Below are positions 35,268 through 47,700 of a stretch of DNA of 64,000 bases, one piece after another. The translations under genes and the position numbers were made by a program. Source of the stretch: Botryllus schlosseri. Taxonomy: Eukaryota. How positions within the stretch are numbered: position 1 is the stretch's first letter; every line of letters begins with the position of its first letter. The stretch is taken from the NCBI GenBank assembly GCA_051294905.1, contig CM119372.1:4094001-4158000 (forward strand). Direction: 5' to 3'. The notes beneath the pieces were generated by a model. It searched no databases and was not told the origin of the DNA. It worked only from the letters and a program-made list of their open reading frames with translations.

Positions 35268-35531
35268 GAGAGAGAGAGAGAGAGATATGATATTCTTTCT
35301 CGCCTGCACCATCGAGATGCTTCGGCGACGGAGTTGAGATACGGCCCCATGAGGTCATCTAGTCTGCGCCCCCGTTTTTTTTTCTCCTCCATGCTATCCG
35401 TGATTGCTGAGCGCCTAGCAGGATAGCTGCGGATACCATTTTTCGAGTCTTTGGTATGACCCGGCCGGGGATCGAACCCACGACCTACCGCTCGAGAAGC
35501 CGGACGCATAACCATTACACTATCTCGCTCG
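35268..35531 (-). mobile_element. tRNA-derived SINE (Meta-domain-like), second copy
   Basis: Colinear with 14964-15222; B-box ggttcgatccc; (CT)n tail. Confidence 0.87.
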
Positions 35532-38234
35532 CTGAATATAACTTAGATACCAGTTGCGTCGTTCCGTTCACATCGCATTTGTCGCCTATATCAAATATTT
35601 CATCACAGTAAGTATATGGCCCCCATAACGTTTGAAAATATTGTTTCGCAATCTTGCAATTACCTATTATACCTAGCAGCCCATGACGTGTTGTAAGATC
35701 CGTCCCAGCAGGGTGCCAGTAATCTTCCCGCGCAACCCCGCACCTAACCTCATTTCCCACAACCTTAATCTTATATCGATAAAGTAGTCTGCGAAGCACG
35801 TGCTTTGAGAGATCGCCAGTGTAGCGCCGTAGCGGACGTGCTCGCGCTTAAGTCACAGAGTCGTATACAGACAATTAGATACATCTAAATTTGTTCTTTC
35901 TATTCGTTATTGCAGTATGATTTGATCCTGGTAAATCTACAAATTTTGACCACTAATTACTACTATTTTGGCTGTTCTGTGCTATAAAAGAAAGCTCCTT
36001 GGATCTGCGTGTGTGATCAGGATTGCAAGAGTACTCAGAGCGGTCATTAGTCAGTCGACTTAGTGCGTACAACGGGAACCGTAGCTGTAGCGTCGACTCC
36101 AATCAAGCACTATACCAGCGTTTCTTGCAACAAGTCGTTGCAGCAACCGCTACACGTGTCCTAATCTGAAAAAGTGGAACTATGACTTTTTTAACGTTAG
36201 ACCTGTTTTAGCAGACCGCTGTTGAAACTTTCTGGACAAAAGACATGAAATATATTTTCCACTTTTTAGAAGTATTATTTGTATTTTACTTCCAATTACG
36301 AGTATTATACGTTGAGATCCAATTACAGTTTCAGTTCTTTTGTCTGGAGAACACGTGTTGAAGTATAAAAGCAAGTGTATAGTAATGCCTTATTTTCCGA
36401 AAATAGAGCTATACACTATATGGCATTTTTACAATCCGCCATATTTTTAATTACCGTACCGTATCGTGCAAAGTGTTTAAGTCGTATATGACACAACTTC
36501 TCCGTATTGCTCTTCGACTGAACTAGAGGCCTTATGATGGAGGAAGGCGCCATGACATGATATTCTCTAAAATGGGGTGTTCGAGTAAACAAAGGATTAG
36601 TATCGCATTTCCATATCAATACTTTATCATTTACATCCCATGATGTGGACGACTGCGTATTCTGTCGAAAATTGACACCTCTTGGTATGCATCAATATGA
36701 ATCAAACTCTCTACACCTTCTGCATAGCTCCATTTGCAGCTTTTGACAGTCCATGCGAACGAATTACGATCGTTTTTACAACTACTGCTTTTACTGGAGT
36801 AGATTTCAAGTCAGTCAGTTCTACTTCTACTTCAAGTAGTTTTAGGTTGCTTATGTAAGAAGTACTTCTACTGGTACTTGAGTAGATTTTTTTCGTCGCT
36901 TCTTCTTCTTGAGTAGCCTTTTTAGACTACTAAGCCCAGATAAAGACCCGACGAAAGAATAGCACTCACAAGGAATGGAAAGAACTAGTAGAAATGGGCC
37001 GCGGCTTCAACAAGATCAACTTCGAAAAGAACTGCGACATGGGGCACTCTAGGCCAAGGGGGATGTTAGAATAAAAGGATCGCAACTGCATGCGTGTCGT
37101 CCGACATCCTCCTATCTGTTCATTACATCGCATCGTGACTTCTTATCGCATTGTACATGATGTGTGACTTGCCCATATGAAAAATATAACCCAACGATTA
37201 TCCTCTTATTATCCTGCACTGCGGGAGCAGTTATAATCAGTTTACACCAGAATACACAGATCAAAGGTACTTCATCTGATGTGCCCGTGGGAACATTAAG
37301 TCTTTTTCAACTAAGACTGTGACAACAATAAAAGAAGTTAACCAGCGTAGTAGTAAGGTGACATCCATAATCTGACATATCTTCAAGCACTGATTTAATG
37401 AGCCGTTCTCAGTTTCACTTTACGTTCAGTTCGTACTTACACCTGCATGGCTTAATCTTTGAGACAATCATATCCATCTTAGTCTGCTATCAAATTGTTC
37501 AGTCAGTCCACGATTTGCGTTTGTGTAATCTGTCGTCTGGCCCGTCGTTGTCATTGAGAAATCCTTCTGGAATTTGTATCGGAAGTTGTTATAGTTTTTC
37601 CTTGCCAAATTATCGTGTTCGGGCAAAAAAATAACTACTTTCTACATGTCAGAAAGTAAACAGTTCGTATTTCAGCTTTAAACTAATCGGTTAATTTGGA
37701 TATAGTCCAGAAACGTAACCACTAGCTGAAAACCTACTGGCATATTACAAAATAAAAATTGCGTTCCTTATTGAGCTAGATAGACTAAGAGCACCATCAC
37801 CGACGTGATGGAAACATCCATCGAAAAGAGAGCATCAGAGTTAGCTAGTTACATTTCATTACAATTACTACTCAAGTAGAAACATACATAGAAATTTCTC
37901 CTCGATCAGAGATAGTCGTTATATACCATGTCTGTGATGTGTTAGTAGAGTACTGCATTGCAACCAGGACATCATATCTGGGGTAGGTTTGGGGTGTGTT
38001 CGTACTGTGTTACAACCCGGATATCATGTCTGAGGTGTGTTTGTACTGCATTGCAACCTGGACATCAAGCCTGGGGTATGTTTGGGGTGTGTTGGTACTA
38101 CGTTGCCACACTTGGAGACACCCCATAGTTACCCTAGGCAAGATGTCCTTATGTTCGGTATGCTCCTTATTTCCAAAATGAAAGGCACCCTTTCAGAAAT
38201 TTGGAGTATTGCGACATTTGCGAGTTACGCCTGA

Positions 38235-38543
38235 TCCGCGGTCCGCTGTTTACATTGTGGTATTTGTAGTAGTCCGCTCGGTCCGCTGTTCCGCTCGGTC
38301 CGCCATTTAGTATTGCAAGTTCCGCTAGTTCCGCGGTCCGCTCGTTCTGCCGTTTAGTATTGAGCTATTTTGTTATGGTCCCCTCGGTCCGCAGTTCCGC
38401 TCGGTCCGCCGTTTAGTATTGCAAGTTCCGCTAGTTCCACGGTCCGCTCGTTCCGCCGTTTAGTATTGAGCTATTTTCTTATGGTCCGCTCGGTCCGCCG
38501 TTTAGTATTACATGTTCCGCGGTCCGCCGTTTAGAGTTGCCCA
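38235..38543. repeat. GC-rich short-motif array (ggtccgccgtttag / gttccgct), probably the end of a MITE family also seen at 10850-10980 and 34315-34420
   Basis: Repeated aaacggcggaccg-type motifs; ends with gtttagagttgccca. Confidence 0.55.
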
Positions 38544-39864
38544 TGGAATGGCAATGACCGATTTTGCAATGACCGACAGCTTCTTTCCGCTTCACTGAGG
38601 CTGGATTCAGAATTGTTTTGCGTGAGCGACTGTAGGATTTCTGGCAATCTCAAAGTTATCTTCCAGAGCGCAGAATTCGCTGAATCTGGTCTCGATCGAA
38701 AGCTACTTCCGCACCGATTCCGACTTCGGAAATCAAGTCAATCAGCGCTCTTGATTACCAGTCATCATCATCATCCATAGACGATGAATGGGCGGTCATG
38801 TCAAAAAACTAAGGTAAGGGACGACGGCCGAAATTCAAACAATATCGGAGCACCTCATTCGGCGGTTCAAATTTAGCCGATTAAAATTCCCCGATTAGTT
38901 GCTAATCGTCATCTGTGCAACAGAATAAGGTCAATTACTGGCGTTTATTCGGCGATCACGGACTAATCGGCAAATTGGTATCGGGACAAAAAAAAACGTG
39001 AAGCCAGACACTCGGCTAAGTGGAGGCGAATTTCGTAAGCACTGCTAGTTTCCATCTAACAACAATGCTATTTCACTAACCTGCACACACTGCTCGAGAG
39101 GCAGCGACCAAGACAAGCGTCGTAGTATCCTAAATACATTTTACTGTCTTGGAAAACGTGTCTGTGGATTAAAAAGATTCAAAATGTATAGTGTTTACCA
39201 TTGTTTTGAATTATGGCGGCAAATAAATATAATTTTTGTTAATTCACCGTCAATTTCCCATTGCATTATATCAATACATTAAATGACCAGCATGTATATT
39301 GACAATGGCATTCACTGCTTTCAATTAAGTAGTACAATTATTACGCTGCAGAATATAGTGGCCCGCCAACGTATTTTCTGCTATTCATTTGGCCCGCGGG
39401 GGAAATAACTGCACATCCTTGTTGCATAGTAACTACATTGCTACGTTACATATTACATACATATTAAAAGGTCCTCCTGGTGCCGTCACGATCCAAAATT
39501 AGACCCTTTGCGACCTGTATTTTGGGGAAAGGGTCTGTACATTCGCCCAGACGTACTCATCACCCGGCCTATTTCGGTGCCTCCATGGGGCGGGGGCGTG
39601 GGAAACGGGCTAAAATTACTGCACTGTATGAAAGCCTTATGCGATAGCATCATGTGTACTTTTTTCCCCGGCCCAAAATACGTGACCAGTGTTTTTCCAC
39701 AAGACAACTGATGTGACAAGACATTTTTACACCTATTTTTACTATAGTGTTTTGCTTGGGCTAATACTCTCATAATATTGTTGATGGACTGTCCTGTTCA
39801 GTGTTCATATGTTATGAACGTTGCTGAATAAACCCTATTTTCAGAAATGTAAGATACAACAGAC

Positions 39865-40379
39865 CAGTGTTGGGATCAAGTCACTACCTTCGAGTCACGA
39901 GTCATTTCACATTTTGACTCGAGTCAAAAGTCAAGTCACAATTCAAGTCAAGTTGCCTTTTCGAAGTATGAGGCATGATTACGTGATTGCATTTTGCTAG
40001 CTGTCTGAAACACAGATTGAATGGTCATTGATTCTGATATGAATATTTTGCTATTATATTACTTTACTACTAGTTTACGACAACGTAAGCTTCGATCACT
40101 TCGTTTGCGGTCAATTTATTTATGTGAGAACAATGAAGGCTCAGTAAAACACACCATCATTGAATGATAGGTCTCTCACGGGTTACAAGAGCGTTTCGCG
40201 AACAATCCGAACATACGGAAGAAAGTGATTTTTATCGACACCGATTACTTGAAATTGACTCGTGAATTTTGCTCCGAGTCAATCCGGATTTCTGATGTGC
40301 CGGGTCAAGTCATTTTAGCAAAGTGACTCGAGTCAAGTCAAGTCATACGAAAACGGTGATTCGAGTCATCCCAACACTG
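39865..40379. mobile_element. hAT MITE (CAGTGTTGGGAT termini, GAGTC-rich ends)
   Basis: cagtgttgggat / atcccaacactg; TSD caacagac / caacagag. Confidence 0.8.
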
Positions 40380-41741
40380 CAACAGAGCCACATAAAAGTG
40401 GTGATCGCTGTTCTCTAAATAAATAGGCCTACCTGAACACAAGTATAGTAACTCCTACAAACTTCATCCTTCAACATAAGGTCCATTTTGGTCACGCGTC
40501 TGCGCTACTAATTAAAATACATGAAATGACTAAAACCGTTCACCAAGAGGATGCAAACTCGGTCAAACCGGTAATATATATTTATTGTTTAATCAGAGAA
40601 AGACCATGTAACGGGCCTCAAAGAAATTGCGAACGGAGAGCGAGGCACTTTTGCAAAACAAAACAGATCCAGCACATGAAATCAGCCTGCACAAGGTAAA
40701 AAAATGAACAAACAAAGGCACACCGCAGTACAGAAATGGTACAGATAATCCAGTCCACAAATGCATATAAAAAAAGCTTATCGGAATCGAAAATGAAGCA
40801 CAAGTCAATGCAATAGCTTTTGGACAACCTGAGCTATCGACGGTAAGAGCAACAAATGCTAGTCATATGCTATTGACAATATATCACTTGAAATATAGGA
40901 GTTGTTAACTATATTGCGGCTGACTTTACTGATATGGCAAAGTGAGTGAATGAAGATAAAACAAACCGAACAGCTTGCTAAAATCCCATCAAAAGAGAAA
41001 AAGAACACTGGTAACAGCAATAAAAACATATAGCATTAGAATAACGAAGAAGTTTCAATAATTCACAGAAAGTAAAGTTATCATTGGAAGTACTATTGAG
41101 TTGATCGTCTACAGCTGATGTGCTTCAAAACGACATGTACTGCGCCTAATGAACAGGTGATTTATATGCTTTATTTACCAAAGCAGTCATGCCCATAGAG
41201 CTCAATTATCAGAGATTGCAACGAGGCAATCTACGATTCCAGCATACATTACCGATAATAGGCTGTATGATGTAGTGATATGAAGAGGAATAGGGACGAT
41301 GCCACCGAGAGACTGGTAAGGCTATCAGCTCGACCAAACGGTATGATTTGTAGATATCGTGTCTGTAATCTTAACAACCAAGACTGCCAACTCCAGGCAT
41401 GGTTAGTCACACATGATAAGAGCCCAGTACGTATCATTTTGTGATATCAAATGCTGATATCGTATGATAATTTGGAATATGAAGCGCATGTATATGTAAC
41501 ATGCGTTTTGCTATCGCTAGTTTGGCAAAACAGTAACTGCACGTAAATTATACGTCAAGTCTACTAAACATCACTTTCAAAATTGCAGGGTGTTATTGCG
41601 CACCGATAATGAACTCAGATAAAATTATGCTCAGCGATAGATAGAATAAGCACAATTGCGATGCCAATTTCGTGCCCGAACATGGAACTAGCTATACAGC
41701 AAGCTGAAAACGGAGACCACTCCTCGGGAGGCATGAGCTCT

Positions 41742-44700
41742 TCAAGGTTCGTCTGGTATGTCTTCGAATTTCGCCTTCGCCAGTCGCAGATGCCCGGCAA
41801 TGCCTTCGTAGAACTCGATTTGACTTGTCAACATCTCCGTCATCATGTGCTTGAAGTCCAGGACTCTTTCTTTATGGAAATGTGTCACTTCGGCCTGGAA
41901 TAGTTCAGGAAAGTGTGTCACATACACATAAAAGTAACAAAAAATGAGCACTCACGATAAATGCCAGTATCTATACTTAAATAATATGGTCGTATTAAAA
42001 TAAGCCCAAATAATTTTGGCTGTCACTCGTCAGGGCTAGAGATATCAAAATAACTTTGTTGTATCACCACATATGAGGTCATTGGCATAAAAATTCAAAC
42101 ATAAGAGACATTTCACTCATGGGAATTTCAGTTCCCTTTCTAATTATGTTCTATTAAGCATTAACAGCTTATATTAGCTTGTGCTATAAAACATGGATAC
42201 CATCTTGTAAGCATGCCACAAGCGCTAATATGTTTTACATACAATATAACTATACACAGAGTCCAGATATGTCTCTAAAATATATGTCATCTCTGACGAC
42301 CTACACCGGAGAAGTTAACAAAATATCATTAGTTGGAATTGGGTGCTGAGCTGTCGCAATAAGGTTGCTGACAACAACTATCTGTCAATGCTTGTACCCA
42401 TTCGACTCGAACTACTTCAGAACATCACCAATGGCAAATCAAGTTGACCACAAACCTGCATGCAGCTAGTCACTCTCTGCGCCCTCTCCTCAACAGAGTC
42501 CACGTCGGCAGCGGACATGCGACCTTCTTCCTGCAGCTTCTTGCATTCGCGTACTTTCCTCAAAGCGCCGGATTGCATCTAAAACAGAAATGGAGCGTGA
42601 GCATTGACCACAATCATCGCCATTCAATTAAGCGCGAATTACGAGACGACATCGCTCTAACAAATACCACGACTGTAAAACAGTATTCCGTCGGCGTTCA
42701 GAGAGCCGTAGAGTATGTGCAATCCAAGTTGAAATACAAACAGATTCTACTGTGCTTCTTGAGATTACCGGACCTCCATCTGCCACATCAACTTTGCCTA
42801 CAGACATATGCCAAATTATTTTTATCGATTGACCTTTATATGCTATGTTCAAAGTAGACATATTCATTCTGTATCTGAAGAGACCCTTCAAGATACGGAA
42901 TTTCAATATACAATTGAACGTCTACTTTGAAAATATAACTGTAATAATATACCATATTCATACCGACACTCGTCAATGGTAATCGTCAGCGTGCAGTAGA
43001 GATTTCGGGTGTGTTTCAATATCAATATAATATTCAAATGTATATTTTCATTCGGTGTACATGCCTCTTATATTTACATGAGCCAGACCGAGATGGGTGT
43101 TTGATTGAAAGACTACTCCAAGCAGCTTAGACTCCTCCCTATCTTTTCATTTTTCACAATCTTGTGGTGTTTTGAACTTTTTAAATAATACTATTGCGTT
43201 GAACTGCACACGGTGACCAATAGTCGACTTACGTGCCACACGTCCGGAAACACTTCCAGTACTCCCTTGTAGAGCCACAAATTGTGAAGAAGAGGCCTCA
43301 TGTCGTTCTTGGGCTGTTCTCCGAAGAGGTCGCCGACCTTTTCGTAAGTTTGACCTGGATAGTAATGTCACATTGAAAAGCAGCCAAGTCAGTTAGCCCC
43401 TGCTTATATTCACGTGAACGAATTGATAAAAGATGTCACTAGGATGAATAAGAATATGCGGATAATAGTCAGAAAGACGACTGCATGTCAATCACACAGT
43501 GCTTCAAACAGAGATGGTCAGTAGGGCCGTTCAAAAACAACTTGTTTCTCAAATTTTACTGGCTAGCCTACTTGATAAAATTGTTAGGTTGCCTACTAGT
43601 ACGCTGCACACCAATTTTGGCTCAATTCCAACCTATAGAAGCATTGCTACATAAGAAAAAATGTTGAACAAAGATAAATATAAAAAATTTTCAAATTTTA
43701 CCGGCTACCCCATGAAATTGTTGATTCACAACAGATTTAGCTCAATTCCAAGCCGTCGAAGCAAAGTGATTGATGTTCAAAATCTAGGATTTCCAATCAT
43801 ATTATTTACGGTGGTTAGTTTAATCAGTATTAATTCGCCGCCGTAAATACTATTGTTTTTAAAAGCTAAAATTTTATACAAACCAGCAAACACACACACC
43901 TGTGAATCGTACGGCTTCCGTCAACGCTTGCGACTCCAGCGTCTGATGTTGGTTGAAGGCGTTGGACAGCGTCGTAAATGATTTGCTCATCGACAGAAAC
44001 TCCTTCTTAAAAGTCGTTATGTGTTTATTCGCCATCTCCCGGGAAGTGGTGGTCAACTGTGACACTCCTTCCTCCATACCTTTGTGGTGAGAAAGAGTTG
44101 ATAATGTACAATTGTTACTAGACAGAGTGGTCAGAAAAGCCCCCACAATCAACTGAAACGATTTCATTCGAGCAGTGACAGTGGATCTTATTGAGCAATG
44201 AAATTTCATCTACGAAAAATGTAGTTTCAATAGTTTGTTATCACTAAGCCGAATTTTCTTTTAAACATGTCAAAATTGTAGCGTTAGGTCAGGAATTGTC
44301 AAAATTGCTCGCCGAATCCATTTTTTTGGTACCTGCATTTCGTTTGTATCGTAGATGTTTGCACTGTCGGTGAACTTATCATTTGACATTTTACAGCTTG
44401 TAGCCTACTTTATACGCCTAACCGTTGTGGACGGCCCATTATCTTTTGTTGTACTACAACAAATTTTAGATATTTCTACTATAATGTGTGATTTTGATAA
44501 AATCGCGATTTCGCTAAAATAAAGTTTTTTCTTGTAAAACTACTTCGTGAGAACAGACCGTTCCAACCAGAAATGAAGATAAGCAGTACAATTCTAACAT
44601 TATGTGGGAAAGCACCTAATTTACATACATTAGGTCAAAATTAAGTTTTTTAAGTGCGAAAAATGTCTTCAAAGCTTCACTTCATGAAATAATCAAGAGT

Positions 44701-47700
44701 ACGGTTGGGTGTGACAATCTGCTCAATTATATCGAGCCGAGCAGTCGGAGTAGATCCTGCCGATTGATGAAAATATACAACTTCAAGCTGAGAGTCAAAC
44801 TTTAACTGATAAAAGCATAGTTTCAATACATTGTCCGTCCTGGGAACTTTTAAACCAGGATTGGTCATAACTCAGCATCCAAATTTTGTTGCACCACTAG
44901 AATATTTTTTAGCTTTACAAAACAGGATTGGAAATAGAATTACAGAATTTGCAAAAACTTGGAAATCGAAATAATCCAGAATTAGGAAGAAATGCAACAA
45001 AAATCAAGTCCATATCAAATCATAGTTCAATTACTTAAGCATGAGAATGGCAGATGTCAGTACCGGTACGGAAAGCTTGGGTCGTTTCGCGCGGTACAGT
45101 TCTCCTATACAATTTTCAGGAACACCAGGACTTGAGGGGACTAGCAACCCAAAAACCTAAATTTCGGATGGCCACCCCCATCACCATGAAATTTTCACAG
45201 TTGCTAGATGTCGCTATGCTATAAACAAAAAACCAAAAACTTTCGTTCTCCCCTGCAGATTGTGGATTTTTTTGTATTTCAATGACAGAAAATGCACAGA
45301 CACGGGGAATGCAAAATCTCGATATTGTGAAGCATTACATGCAACCCACCTAGGATAAATTTCATTTCGAAATTCAAAAAAATTTAACTTTTTATCATAA
45401 ATTTGCTGTAAGTTTACCCAGACATTCTGTACCTCTTTACATGATACCTATGACTAAGAACTTTTAGCATAGCACAGGTATGAATCTCAGCTTTTCAAAA
45501 AACCTTGAGTGATGCATTTACGACAAATATTTCAAACAAAGTTTTGGTTTGCCGTGATGCAACTCAACAAAATTTTACAATTGAGAAAACGACTATCAAA
45601 CACTTGAAACGTAAAAAGTCAATGAAGAACTGTTACCAATGTTACCGATACGAACGAGTGCCAGAATGCTAGAATGCCAACTGACAACAATCAAACAAAT
45701 TTGTACCCGGAGATAATACAGATAGATATATTTTATAACTGTCAAATCATATATTTCATAAAGTCATCGGACGAAACATGATATCTTTTGGTTGGAACTT
45801 GAAAAAAACTACCCCCCCCAATTATCAAAGGAAAATAAAATCGAAATATTGCAGTTTTTTGTTATTGTTTTGGTGAAAAATGGACATGAGGTGACAGCAG
45901 AGATTAAATGTTGATATTTCTTACACGAAAAAAAATCATCAAAAATTTTGATTTTTTTGGGTTGCTAGTCCCCTTAAATTGGAATTAAAATTAGAGCATA
46001 GATAAATGTCACAAATTAGACTACAATTAGACCACCGGCATTTCGCTCTAAATCAGTCTAATTATACAACTAGAATTATCTAGTTGTCCAAGTCCGCTAG
46101 TCACGAGGACTCACATTTCACGAAACGTTTGAAATGTTCCAGCCGCACTTCGGCGTCGCGGCCGTCAAAGTGCGAGGGTTGAGACGAGATGTCTACGGTC
46201 AAAAAGAAATTGGCTCCCAACAGCTCGTCTTTTTCCGCTTTCCGCTTCGCCATTTTCCACGCTTTTTGCTCCGTCAGCGTTATGTAATTTCGGAACACGC
46301 TCGACATAGACAGCACCGGGTGCTTGCATATATGGAACATCTGCGCAATACGGCGATGGATAAGTACCAATGAAGAGACTGGCAGAGAAACAGAACTTTA
46401 ATATCCAATTGAATACCGGTAATATATTTATGTTGAAATACACCCGAAGATTTTCGACTGACACTCGTCAGGGGTAATAGTCGGCAACTACCAGAGATTT
46501 CAAAATGACTTTGCATAGACTGTTGGAGGTTCAGAACTTCAATAGACTATTGAATAACATGTTGATATCGCAATGTAACTGAATATTATTGGCCGTCACT
46601 TGTCATGGGTAATCGTCAGCAACTAGTAGAGAATTGAAAAGATCATTGTATATCGACAATCGTATCAATTCTCTCCTAATTGCTGGCGATTAGGCCTGAC
46701 GAGTGTCAGTCGAAAATATTTAACTTCATGTCAATACAAATATGTTATTCCAAATAACTTTATACCAGTATATCAAGAGTCGTATCACTAAAGATCACGT
46801 CACTGCCATAAACAATCAGCTAAAGCCATCAACTCGCCTCGATTATACGATTTTTTTTATATATATATACAATGAAGATAGCTTTCAATCCAACATCCAT
46901 TGTAGTAAAATATTTATTCAACTCGAAGACTTTTCGGGTGCCTCTTTTCAAGAGTTAACGGCACACTGAAGGGATTTAAACAGAATGAAGAGCAGAACCA
47001 GAAAGGCGAAGTATGACGCAACAATCAGAAATTACATACCATGAAGTCCGCAATGTAACGATGGCAACAATAACAAACTTGAAGAGTACGATACAAGTAA
47101 CATAGCATTTTGAAACCAAACAATAACAAACACGAATTAGAACGCTCTAATGGGAAATTTGTAAGTTATACAGAAAATCTTTTTGTCTACATAAAATAGG
47201 CTTGGTCAATTGGATGATTGCTGATTCTAGGGCTTTCAAATGAAACAGGGATCTGCCTCGCGCAATGACAGTAAACATTTGGTCATTATAGTTTTGAGCA
47301 CAAGAAGGGTTCTCACTTAAACTCTGGTTTATCGGGCCTTGCGTATCTGTTCGCCAGAAAAATTGCCACGTGAATTGGATGAGATCCATTCTATCTTATC
47401 AAAAAATGGCTATCCTGAGCATATATTGAAATGCTCCTTCGCAAGAGTGTTAAAACGTTCGGATCAACCTCCCAATTATGGACCGGAAAAATGCCCGGCA
47501 TTTTTACATCTACCTTGGCTAGGCAATGTGTCGAATCGGTTTGAAAAGTTGATCAAATCGGCCGTGCACCGTTGTTATTATAGTGTAAATGCGCATGTGG
47601 TGTATACAACCAAACCACTTTTGCCAAACTTCCGAAAGGATGTACTTCCTGCTTTAAATGCAAGTAACGTCGTCTACGAATTTAAGTGCCACTGTGATAG

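Noticed and set aside
37945..38110. Roughly 60-90-bp degenerate repeats (gtactgcattgcaacc..ggacatca), and a similar loose array at 1110-1330
   Set aside because: Only 2-4 diverged units with no termini or TSD; cannot be assigned
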